Positions 1 to 11,667 of a stretch of 64,000 nucleotides of DNA are shown piece by piece. Numbering within the stretch: the stretch's first letter is position 1; each line of letters opens with the position of its first letter. Source of the stretch: Hypanus sabinus (taxonomy: Eukaryota); the NCBI RefSeq assembly GCF_030144855.1, contig NC_082708.1, forward strand, positions 52,886,001 to 52,950,000. The letters run 5' to 3'. The notes under the pieces are model-generated. The model had not been told where the DNA came from and made no database searches. It worked only from the letters and a program-made list of their open reading frames with translations. The position numbers were made by a program, and so were the translations under genes.

Positions 1-1379
1 AGGCCAATGTTCTAAAAATTCTCTTTATGACCCTATCTACTCGTGACACCGCTTCCAATGAATCAGATATTTGTATTCCCAGGTCACTCTGTTCTACCGC
101 ATTCTTTAGTGCCTTACCACTCACTCCGTAAGTTTTACCCTGGTTTGTCCTCCTGAAGTGTAACACTTCACACTTGTCTACATTAAATTTCATCTGTAAT
201 TTTTCAACCTATTTTTCCAGCTAGTCCAGATCCCACAAGTCTTGAGAGCCTTAATCTTCTTTAATGAAATATAATTAAAAGGCATCACACACTGTGTATC
301 AGAATACCTCCCCATCTTCACATTCTATTTTTCATGAGCAACAATGCTGGTGACAAAAGTCAAATTTATTCTGTAATAATTAACTGTTTACAATGAAATT
401 TCATTATTTGTTAGTTAAGAACTTTTAGCCAATATAATGTACTACATCCTACAGATGCAACACATTTAATGATTCGATAAATCTGTAAAAAAAAATAGGT
501 TGAATAAATAAAAGTAAACTAGATAAGATTATTACAATGAAATTGCAGCATCATCTTGGCAATATCAACACAAATTTATGCCATGCTTGTTCTTATACAA
601 TAATGAAACATTGAATCTCTAATATTTTTCCACCAATAAGGAAGTGACGGAAAATACCGATTAATTTCAAATACTGACTGAAAAAGATTACGAGTTTCTG
701 AAAAAGCAATTTTGATTTTGACAGAAGGAATACTGTCACCTACCCCAGCCAATGGATTATTTGGTAATCATTTACATAAAACAGATATAAACCATAAGGT
801 TCATCCAATTTCACCATTAACAGAAAACTAACTGGGTAAGAGATAAACTACAGAGCCAGACTCTTGCTTCTTATGTTGAGGCCTCGCCTGCAGCTGGTGT
901 TAGTTCAGCTCTTGAAAACTGCAATGTTAACTTGTCCTGAACAATTAGTACAGTATCATCTGATTCAGATCTGAAACAATATTTACAACTTGAAAATTGT
1001 CAGCAATAACTAAATTAACTTTAATTAAAGTAAAAGATTATTTAAAAATTTATTTTATTATGCTTTGAAAGAAATAAATATGGATTTATATTGACAAGCT
1101 CTAAGGAACAGCACTGCAAGAGAACAGAGCATCCTTCACATTTGTAATTCAACATAGGTATCAATCATTCCCTTAAGTAATAGTAGCTGGATAGTTAACA
1201 TTTCCTATTAATAGGCTTTATTCAACCACAATAGTACACCATTGCACGATTTCAATTAGAAGATGCATTTGAAATGCAGGCTACCAACTATGCACTAAGT
1301 TAAATGACACTTGTGTGTTGTGAACATATAGATTGAAATTCTAACTGCTTTTGAGCACCCAAGTAAAATAAAATTATAC

Positions 1380-1574
1380 CTTATTACACACAACAAGCTG
1401 GTCACCCAATTTCTGTAACGAGATAACAAACACATTGCCATCATCCAGAAAATCGTTCAATTCTTTCCTGTCTCCCAGTGATGCAATGAAAGAATCCGAT
1501 GGGGCAATGCCAAAATAATTTCCTGCTGTTCTGAGGATGAAACATTTTCTTGCATCTTCTAAATTTGCAGACAT
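1380..1574 (-). CDS. DYNC2H1: Cytoplasmic dynein 2 heavy chain 1, first large coding exon (gene continues left out of the window)
   Basis: MSANLEDARKCFILRTAGNYFG...ELNDFLDDGN...VCNK matches the recalled vertebrate DYNC2H1 N-terminus (DVRKLFIFTTTQNYFG...EINNFLDDGN). 195 coding nt end at donor AAG|gtataa (1380/1379). Acceptor tttaag|G at 1585/1584. Head-to-head synteny with DCUN1D5. Confidence 0.9.
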
Positions 1575-2939
1575 GTTGTCTTTCCTTAAATAGATTTTTT
1601 AAAAAATGTTTAGGTGCCAAAGTACAAATTTTATTGTTTATAACACAATGCACAGAAAAATAAAAGATCAACCAGAATGCATACATCCCGAGTTTTCACT
1701 CCAACAAAAATATTTCAAACACATGCTAATTTATTAAAACCAGTACTATTCTTACGCAGGCAGAAATGAATTTCAGAATTGTGAAATGCAGGCCCAAGGT
1801 CAACAATAAAAGACCCTTAGAAATTAAACCTCGAGAGATCTTAATCAGTCACATTCAACAAGTTAGAAATAATATTGTATTCAAGGAACCATTAAATGCA
1901 AAAATATTACAATGAAGACATCACTGGAGTTCTGCAGCATGTAATTTACCCCGAACTAATCTTGGAGGAAATTAAATAATAAAATATCATTTAGGAATAC
2001 ATTTCAATTTCAATTCTTATTATATTTTAGCTGCAGAAGACGTAAGTCATTTGGCCCCTCAAACCTGCTCTGTCATTCAGTAAAAAACCATAGCTGATCT
2101 TTTACTTCAGCATCATTTTCCTGTAAAAATCAACATGCTTTAATTCCCTTAACATCCAAGAATCTATAAATGTTGGCCTTGAACATATACAGTCCTCTTG
2201 GCTAAAAACTCCTATGACTAATGCTCTTTGTGTTAAGAAGTTTCTTCTCATCTCAGTACTGAATGGCTGAACCTTTATCTTGAAACTGTGACCCAAGTCA
2301 GGGAGTACAATATCCCTCCATCACTATCACTGTCAAATTCTGTCATTGCATACTTTGCATATTTCAATGGAATTATCTCCAATCCTTCCAACTATGGAAT
2401 GAAAGCTTAGTCTGCGTATTCTCATCATAGGACAAGCCTTCCCCCTTGATACTCTGAATCAATCTGATGAACTCTCACTGCACAGAGAGTATCCTAAGTA
2501 GGGAAGACTAGGCCTGCACAAGTAATCAATTTTTTTTTTGTTTTTAAATGAATTCCTACTTATATGGAAGTGTCACATTTCTCTGCCTCCATACAATGTC
2601 AGACCTCCTGGACCATTGGTTGGTTATGTATAAATTGGATTTGGTCAATGTCAACATTTCTGACAATACAGAAGTAGGAGATTTGGTAAATAGCAAGGAA
2701 ACTGAAGACTAAAACAAGTTAACAGAATGGAGAGAGAAGTGGTTGTTCTTTAATATGGATAACTTATGAGGAACAATATTCTGACAAAAAAAAGGAAAAA
2801 TACACCAAACGAAAAGGCAAAAAAATCATAAGAACAAGATCCCAAGAAACCCAGGTTCTAGAAATGAAACCGTTGAAGTAAGAGCAATAACAATAAAAAG
2901 TATGTAAATATGTACATCTGGTTTGTGAATTTAATCAAA

Positions 2940-3990
2940 AACACATCAACCTCTGCTTTAAATATACCCAATGACTTGGCCTCAACAGACATTTTTTGCA
3001 AAGAATTCCTTCTGGCTAAAGACATTCCATCTCATCTCTGTTCTAAAGGGGTGCCTTTATCTTTTGGCTGTGCACACTCATCCTAGACTCTCCCTCTGCT
3101 AGAAACATCCCACTCATGTCCACTCTATCCAGGCCTTTCAATATTCGGCAAGTTTCAGTGAGATACCCCTCATTTTCCTTAACTCCAGAGCCAACAAACT
3201 CTCCTCAGATGATAATCCTTTCATCCCCAGGATCATTATAGTAAACCTCTTCTGGCCCCTCCCTGATGGCAGCATATCCTTTCTTAGATATGAAGCCCAA
3301 AACTGCACACAGTGTTCCAGTTGTGGTCTGATGAACGGCTTATAAAGCCACATCATTACATTACTTTTATATTCTAATCCTCTTGAAATGAATGCAAACA
3401 CTGCATTTGCCTTCCTTATCACTGACTCAACCTGCAAGTTAACCTTTAGGGAATCCTGCACAAGGACTCTCAAGTTCCTTTGTACCTATGATTTCTGAAT
3501 TATCTCTCCATTTAGAAAATAGTCTACACCTCTATCCCTTCTACCAAAGTGCATGACCATACATGTCATACCATACAAATGTATTACATTTATCATGTCT
3601 CTGCCTATTTAGCCAATCTAACTAAGTCCTTTTTCAGACCCCCAATTCCTCAATGCAACGTGCCCCTCTGACTGACTTAGTATCATCTGCAAACTTTCCC
3701 ACAAAGCTATCAATTCCATCATCCAGATCATTAATGTATACTTGAAAAGCAGCAGGTCCAACACCAAACCCAGCAGAAAACCATTAGACAACAGCAGCCA
3801 ACGAGAAAAGGCCCCCTTCATTCCCACTCTTTACCTTCTGCCAGGCAGCCAATTCTCTATCCATGCTGGTACCTATCCTGCAATAACAAGGGCTCTTTCT
3901 TGTTGAATGTAGAGCCCTTGGTATTGCATGTGTCTCATGTGCAGCATCTTGCCAAAGGCCTTCAGAAAATCCAAACAAACAACATCCATT
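2940..3990 (-). mobile_element. Decayed CR1 LINE, RT 3' part
   Basis: Minus ORF fragments KANAVFAFISRGLEYKS...LYKPFIRPQLEHCVQFWASYLRKD are typical of CR1 ORF2; many stops and frameshifts. Confidence 0.85.
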
Positions 3991-4029
3991 AACTCTCCAT
4001 TGTGTATGCTGCTCCTTATTTCCTACAAA

Positions 4030-4580
4030 AAGTAATGGTTACAGCCTAGTCCATCACAGGCAAAACCCTTCCCACCATTGAGCACATCTAAGCAAAGTGT
4101 TGTCGCAGCAAAGCAGCAGCTATCATTAGGGACACCCACAACCCAGGTCATGCTCCCTTTTTACTGCTGCCATCAAGAAGGGGGTACAGAAGCCTCAGGA
4201 CTCACACTACCAGGTCCAGGAACAGTTATTACTGCTCAGCCATCAGGCTCTAGAACCAGTGGGGATAATTTCAGTCAGCTTCACTTGCCACATCATTGAA
4301 ATATTCCCACAACCTATGGGCTCACTTTCAAGGACTCTTCATCTCATGCTGTCAATGGTTATTGCTTATTTATTTATTTATTATTATTATTTATTTCTTT
4401 TCCTGTTTGCAGTCTGTCGTCTTTTGCACACTGGTTGAATGCCCAAGTTGGTGCAATCTTTGTTTGATTCTATTATGATTATACTATTATAGATTTATTG
4501 AGAATGCCATAAGAAAATGAATCTCAGGGTTATTTGTGGTGACATATATATATACTTAAGTAATAAATTTACTTTGAATT
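4030..4580 (+). mobile_element. Rex1/Babar-type LINE 3' end nested in CR1 (paralogous copy at ~16420-16900)
   Basis: CCAGGTCATGCTC...AGGAACAGTTATTAC...AATAAATTTACTTTGAA tail shared with other Rex1-like copies in the window. Confidence 0.7.
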
Positions 4581-5125
4581 GTCTAGTAAAATCTCCCCTT
4601 AAGGAATCCATGCTAATTTCAGCTCACTACATCATGTGCTTCCAAATAACTTTAATTCTTATCCTTAGTAATGAACTCTAAACCCTAACAACCACTGAGG
4701 TCAGACTAATGGGCCTATAATTTCCTGTCTTTTATCCCCTCCTTTCTTAAAGAGTGGAATGACATAGCAACTTTCCAGTGCACTGCAACCATTCCCAACT
4801 AGTAATTCTTGATAAATCACTATTAATGGCTCCTAAATCTTGAGCTTCCTCTTTCAAAATCCTGGAGTACAGTTCATCTAATCCAACTGAGTTATCCATC
4901 TTCAACCCTTTCAGCTTCCCAAGCACATTCTCTTTAATAATAGTGACTACGCTCATTTCTGCACCCTCCCCCCCCCCCCAACACCATGACTTGTATTTCT
5001 GGCATGTTGCTGGTGTCTCCCACAGAAAAGCAAACTACTCGTTGGCCATTTCTTTGTTCCCCATTGCTACAACACCAGTGCCATTTTACAGTGGTTCAAT
5101 ATCCATCCTTGCCTCTCTTCTACTC
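4581..5125 (-). mobile_element. Decayed CR1 LINE, continuation
   Basis: Minus ORF VLGKLKGLKMDNSVGLDELYSRILKE resembles the CR1 KSPGPDGLHPRVLKE motif. Confidence 0.75.
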
Positions 5126-5387
5126 TTCCATTTCAATTTTTCACTAATTTCTCTGTGCAAGATGCTAAAGTTTGTACCACTGTGTTGCAATAATGCAGTG
5201 TGAATACTTTAGTCCAAGAGGGAGAAGCTGAAATCAGATATATTGGTATCACAGTTGAGTAAAGATAAACCACATATGCACGAGGGAGGAGCTGACCAAT
5301 GTTAATTGGAAGAGGACCCTAGCAGGGATGACAGCATCTTGTCATAGTACATTGTAGATTCAAAGTCATACGACATGGATGTTGACC

Positions 5388-7830
5388 TGTAGGAACCATA
5401 TCTATTTTCTGTCTTTATTGCATTTTGTGTTCATGTTTATTATGGGTAATTGTCACATGGGTTGGAGTGTGGTAGAAGCAAAAGAGGATAGTTACATATT
5501 CATGCTTTGTCTTAGTTTGTCAGTTTAATTTAGTTGAGACGGAGTAAGCCAGGGCTGCTATCTTTTTGTTGACCACTAATTATGTTTAGTTATGCTTAAT
5601 TATATTAATTTGAATGCTTAGTTATGCTTATTTTGCTATATCATTAATTTAGTTTTGTTAGTTTTTTAATCGTTAAAATATTGCTCATCTTTGCTGGTTT
5701 CATAATACAGGATTGAACGTACTTTTTTTCAAATTGGAACTCAGATATTTGGAAGTGTGTCATATAGCATCACCTCCCATACTCAGTCTCTGAGTGGTTT
5801 TGGTTTGTTTTCAAGTAAGCGCTATATTTTGTCAAAAAAATAACATTATACCAAACGAACACCAGTCTACAGCAAAGGATTGCCTCTGACCTGTTGGGAA
5901 AACTGGATCAGTTTGCTGATTCATGCTGTGAATTTGTGGTTTGAAGAGTTTTGAATGGTCAGTGCTACCTGTCCATTGTGGACCATTGCTTGAATGCATG
6001 GTGTTTGCCTGAGGGTTCATCACTTTATTTTGTTGAAACATTGTCCTGGTTAATAACACTTGAAATGAATGTTGTTTGTTTGGTCTGGTCTAAGCACTGT
6101 GGATGCATGAACATTCATTGAACAGAATATCGCCAGTGTATTCTGTGGATGTACTGCGGGGAACAAAGAGTTAATTGCAAGTGGTGCAATAAGGACAAAG
6201 TAACATAAATGAATTGAAGCAACGAATTAACATCAGCGACTCTGATGTTAGGGCTAGAAAAAAAGAAATTAAGCTTTCTGTAAAAGCTTTAGCTGGTAGA
6301 ATTGAAAGTCCTCAAAATAAGTATAAAACAAATGTGAACAAAATTAAAGGTTTAATACCATCAATTGAGGATTTTATCGAAAATAAGTAAACTATCTTAC
6401 AAGTGCAATCATGTCTTGAGGACACGACTAATCTCTCTGAAGCTGTTACTAAGCAACATCAAACACTGTCTTCATTACTTCCCAAGGACAAATAGAGAAA
6501 ACAGAAGGAATCTTTTAAAACATTGATAGCTATAATAGTACATTCTTAGAGGATGTGAAATAATGTTACAATGAAGGTCATGTTGCTGCAACAAATGATT
6601 ATGTATCTCACCTTGCATCAGATGATGGTTCTCAAAATCCTAGGCATGGCTTGACTACGCATATAACAGGTGACCCACTGGATGATATAAAACAAAATGA
6701 CAGCATATCAAATATCAGGGCTCAATGTTCTGCTGCAGGAAGAAAATCTTCTGTATCTACTACATCCTCTGTAAAATAGAGGCAGATTTTGCTGCATTAA
6801 TTGCACGTCAGCTACTATTGAAGAAAAAATGTGCTCTGGAGAAGCAAATTAATTGCTATGGAGCAATAGAAAAGGAAGGAATATGTCCTCAAGACAAGAG
6901 TTCCTATATTGAAAAGGCAAAGAGGAAAAAAAACACCTAATGTTAATGTTGATTCATTTGTTCCTCAAGTGCCTGTGAAGCATGAACAAGACTCCCAAAA
7001 GGTAGTTCAGAGGGTTACTCTCAGTCTGCACTAATGAGGCATTCTGAACCTATGTCACATCCAACAGCTCAAAGGGCTCATGGGGACATTCACTTACAAC
7101 ATGGAAACACTTGTTTCATACAGTAGAAGTCAAATCCATATTATTGATATTATTAAGAAGCAAAATGTTAGACCCTTATAGCTCAAAATAACATACTTCA
7201 TCTTGGTCTAAAAGAGAAATTCAAATTTTCCATGGCAATCTATTGCAGTACCATGCATTCAGGAAGGCTTTTGAAAACAGTGTTGAAGGCAAGACTGAGA
7301 GCTATAGTGACTGTCTCGATTACCTTGAACAGTGCACTAGGAATTGCCCTAGCAAACTTGTCAAAAGCAGCCAGCATGTCAACTCTAAGAAAGGATACGT
7401 AAAAGCTAAGGCTTTACTACAGGAACATTTTGGTTTGAACAAAAAAATTGCACTGCCGACATGCAAAAGGCTCTTTCTTGGGTACCTCTCAAATCTGAAG
7501 GCATGAAAGTTCTTCAACACTACAGTCTTTGGCTTACAGGCTGTTGCAATGCCATGGAAGAAGTACAATACATGTGTGAGCTGGACATGCCTGCCAATAT
7601 GTCCATTGCCATAAAGAAATTGTCCTATTTACTCAAGGATAAATGGAGAACGGCAGTGTGTGAACTGCAAGAAAGGCAATGCCTTGATGACTGTCACATG
7701 ACTTGAGTGAAAGAAGAAAAAGTATATTTGCATAAATGTTTAGATGTTTATCCTTGAAGATTTCATGTCTCCTATTTTAGTAGATATGTAGTTATGATTA
7801 TTACAGCGTAATAATTAGGGACTGGAAGGT
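5388..7830 (+). mobile_element. Decayed, internally deleted BEL/Pao LTR retrotransposon
   Basis: Starts TGTAGGAACC where homology to copy 2 breaks. Gag-like fragments 7243-7706 (QYHAFRKAFENSVE...YLEQCT...GYVKAKALLQEHFG; KALSWVPLKSE...ELDMPANM...KDKWRT) fit BEL/Pao DUF1759. PPT-like AATTAGGGACTGGAA near 7813-7827. Confidence 0.8.
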
Positions 7831-9239
7831 ATTTTGTATTTTGTGTTGCACCCTTATTCCTGGTCTAATTTATCTTTCTCCGTAACTACTTTGAAATATA
7901 TGGAGTTATGGTCACCATCTCCGCAATGCTCCCCCAGCACTATCCCTTCAACTGACCTACTACATTCCCCAAAACAGGGTCCAGTAATGTTCCATCCCTC
8001 ATTGGTCTATCTACATGCAGCTTCAAAAAATCTCTCCTGGAATTCACTTCCAAATTCCACCCTTTTATCCACAGTTAGTACAAGAGGATTTTAATTTCTC
8101 AAATACTATGAAACAATTTTAATCACATCTCTCTGTCTGTTGCTCACGTACCTGCTATGTATTATCAACTCTAGTCATAATTCTTTCTATTTTTCATGTC
8201 GTATATTTTTTGGAAATATGTATCCAGCTCCAAGCTCCCTCTGCTCCAAAGCATTTTCCAATGCCATTTCATTTAAACCTCACTCAGGAATACTTGGCAC
8301 ATCTCCAAGTTAAAGCTTTACAATAATTATTGAGCTTGCACACCTAAAACAAGTACATGCAGCAAAAAGTAGGATTGGTTGGACAATTGCAAGAATAGAC
8401 TGTAGCATCAGCAAAGTGTCTAAACATGCAAAAATTTTCCTTCCTTGACTCACAGCGTTGTTTCCAGAATAGCGTTAGCGTGATTATTTCAGATTTAAGA
8501 CGAAAATGTGTATGGAATGGAACGCTAGACAATACCGAGAAACAATAAAAGGCACAATTCTGAAAAGATACGAAGACCTGTGCAAGGATACAAAAACAAG
8601 GAAATTACAATGAATGCTCCACGACCCGGGTATTGCATCAATACTGGGCACCACATTTTAAACAAAACGGTTTTAAAAGGACACAGAAGAGATTTACTGA
8701 ATCGATTTTAAGGACGGGGAGGTGGATTTGTGGAAACATTGAACCAGTTCACCTTGGATCCGAGAAAGTTACAAAAGGGTCCAAAAGAGCTACTGACAAA
8801 CAATGCAAAGATTTGACAGACCAGATCAATACGGTATAAAACGTTCTCATTGGCAGAAGGGTCAAAATTTGGAAACATTGAATTAAAATGAAAGCAAAAG
8901 AACCACAAGTGTCAAAACTTTTTCTCGACATACAGCAACTATTCGTACAACGAACGATTCAATCGAAATGTTCAAATCCGAATGAAAAGTAGGGCTATAG
9001 ATATGGGCCAGAAAACGGATTTTTGTTATGTTGAATCCATCCATTTTATAAGTTTTCTGTGATTTAATTTAACATTATACTACTGGAACAGATTGCAAAA
9101 TAATCGGCATTAAAGCACGAGAAGCTTATTCGCCTGCACAGAAGTTAACACAACAGCACATCACTGTTCCCCTGGAGAAAGGACCCCGTTGGGTCGCTGA
9201 GAGTGGCTGAAGCTCCGTGCTAACCTACCCCGCCGTATC

Positions 9240-10400
9240 CATTACGTTCCGCGTCTCCACGGGGCAAATCTCTGCACTACCGCGTTATGGGCGGTAACTA
9301 CATCCACAGCTCGCCGAACTGGGGGGACAGGAGCCGGCGGGCCGGGCGATCAACACCGGCCGCCCGGTTGGCAACAAAAAGCGTCCACGGTTACCCCACA
9401 CGGCAACGGCGCGGCAGAGCGGAAGTGACGCGTGGAGGACGTCATTGCGCCGCGGCTTAAAGCGGTAAACCCACTGGCGCTCTTGTCACCGGCGGAGAAA
9501 GCGGCTGCGACTCGCCGCCGTGGTGAATGGTAACCGGCGGGACGGGAGAGCTGGAGCTGTAAATATAACTGGCTGTCGGTCAGCGCGTGTGGTGTGAAGA
9601 CCGACGGTCGGGGGGTCACTCTGGCATCGCGGGGCTCCAGCTCCGCTCCTGTGGCGAAACCTGCGTTTGTCGGCGGCGGCGGCGGCCCGGGTGGGGAGAT
9701 GCCTCCCCCTGGGGCAGCGCAATTAGCAGCGGGCGCCCGCTCCCTCCCTCCCTCCTGCTGGGGGTTATTCCAGTCTGCAGGGTCAATGCAGGCTGTGTCA
9801 GGCCTGCCACTCAATGCGCTGGTCTCAGCAGCGCCCCGGTTGCAGCCCTCGCTCCCCCTACAGTGCGCACTGTCGGGCAGTGGCTGCGCCGACCTTGTCC
9901 CTCAGCCCCGGAAGTGATCGCGGTGTCGGTGAGACCGAGCTGCGGAGGCGCCGCGGGGACCGGACAAGCGCCGCGTGTTGCCGGTGGGGTGACAGGTGCA
10001 GCCGCCATCTCATCGTCCGACACACCGTTTGCCTGTCGCCCGCTATCCTTCCGCCGGCTGCTTCCCATGAATCCGGCTCTGATGTCCCCTCGGGGCTGAT
10101 CGTACCCCCGAGGCGGTGGTTCTGACAGCCGTGTGTCTGGTTCGGAGCCTCGTCATGTCCTCTACTACCCGGGCCGGCCGCCCTCACACTCGGTGGTCTG
10201 CTCGGGAGCCCATGGGGGAGGGGTGTATCCGCTGCGCGGTGCGATCACGTCGCGAAAAGGCGATTTCTTTGTCAGACTCGGCCCCAAACGCCCAGCCCCT
10301 TCTTTCCCAGTGTTAGAGAGGCCCGCTGGCTACTCGGAAGTTAGTTTCGGGAGTTGGTTACGTTGCACAGTAATTGCTGGAGCTTTAAGTCTTCAGTTAG
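9240..10400. promoter_or_regulatory. CpG island / bidirectional promoter, copy 1
   Basis: Very GC- and CpG-rich within an AT-rich background. ETS-CRE composite CGGAAGTGACG at 9420-9430. RFX half-sites RGYAAC at 9293, 9370, 9402, 9529. ETS CCGGAAGTG near 9907. Candidate plus-strand donor CG|gtgaga at 9928. Confidence 0.8.
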
Positions 10401-11025
10401 ACATCCTGGAAACGATGCAGAGCGAAATCTTATTGGAACTTTGTTTTCCGACCTGTATCTAGGTCAAGGTGGCCGCCGAATGTGAAATAATTGATTCTAA
10501 AACGGTGCCCCTTCTCTTTCACACGGTAATTGTGAGGCATTGGAGTGGATGCAGCTTGTCGAAGCTCCGTTCAGGCGGCAGCTCCTGGTGGGATCGAGTG
10601 CCTTCATTTCAATTACCAATTGTGCAATTAATCGCCATTGTAGACTATACAGCAAGCATTTATCAAGATTTTGTATTTTGGGGATTGCTGGCGAAGCTTT
10701 CAGGGAATTAAATTTCTTGTTAAATTCGACAATTTTATTTGTGGAGTACATGTGTAACAATATTAGTCGAAAAGTCCGCGAGTTATTTCAAGAGCAAATT
10801 AACCAGAGCGCCTTTTTAAACTAGTGAATATTATATTTTGCTTCTGTCCTCTTTCTTCAGGGCTCGCGATTTGCTCTGCTGCATTCGGAACGAAAATGTA
10901 ACTAGGCCAGAGGTTATATAATGCCTTCCTTATTTCATTACATGCAGATGTTGTTAAATCAGTATAGGTGAGGATTTATACACCAATGACCGTGTTTAAT
11001 GCCGTTTCGTTGTAATGTTTTCTAG

Positions 11026-11078
11026 TGAGACTGACTCGTACTGGCAGACTATTAGATATCTCGCCATTCAATTGACCG
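11026..11078 (+). other. Non-coding 5'UTR exon (duplicate of DCUN1D5 UTR exon), copy 1
   Basis: gttttctag| 53 nt |gtaagt. Both splice sites and the exon body are conserved in all three copies, more than the flanks. Confidence 0.7.
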
Positions 11079-11311
11079 GTAAGTGTTGGATTTGTGGTTA
11101 TTTGGGTCATCGGTTAATCGGGGTATCCGCTTATTTGGAACAACGCTGAAAGAACGAAAACTAATAGGAAAAATAGCTGGGATTTTCGTTATTTGGGGAC
11201 TATGCCAGTAAATTCGGAGAGGAGACTAGTGCCAGTTTCTAACTAGCGTCAGTAGCACGCAAGGATGTTAGACTACACTGTGCTCAGAGCCAACAGCTGT
11301 TTTTTAAATAG

Positions 11312-11530
11312 AAACACTAGAAAATCTACAGATGCTGGAAATCCAAAGGATCACCCCACAACGTGGTGGAGGAACTCGGCCAGCATGGCAGTCATCCATA
11401 GAAAGAGTAATTAGTCGACATTTGGGGTCGAGATCTATCCTGATGAAGGGTCTCCTCCTGAAGACTGTTTGATTTTTTTTCTCCCCCCAACAATGCTACC
11501 TAGCCTGATGAGTTCCTCCAGTGTTTTGAG
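11312..11530. repeat. Short palindromic Penelope-associated repeat in the intron before the TIGD ORF (copy 1 only)
   Basis: CAGATGCTGG...GGAGGAACTC...GTCGAC...CCTGATGAAGGGTCTC...GAGTTCCTCCAG inverted arms; the same motifs end the Penelope remnant near 46740-46790. Confidence 0.65.
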
Positions 11531-11667
11531 TTTTTAAATGGCTTCAGTAGTATGCCGTTGCGTTATGTTATCTATATGGACTGACAGACGCTGATTCAAA
11601 AAGCAGTGGGTTTTTTTGATCATTTTGTTTTTAATGTTGTCTAAAAAAATTTCAGACCCTTGCCAAG

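Noticed and set aside
870-971. Possible minus-strand exon after a gtttcag acceptor as DYNC2H1 exon 2
   Set aside because: The translation does not resemble the expected next DYNC2H1 segment (KVLVFFKL...) and hits a stop; exon 2 is probably outside the window.
9350-10462. Many overlapping 60-217 aa ORFs in the three GC-rich islands (also 21328-22384 and 29283-30518)
   Set aside because: Expected from stop-poor GC-rich DNA. Low-complexity Ala/Gly/Pro/Arg content, no recognisable domain, and frames break between copies.
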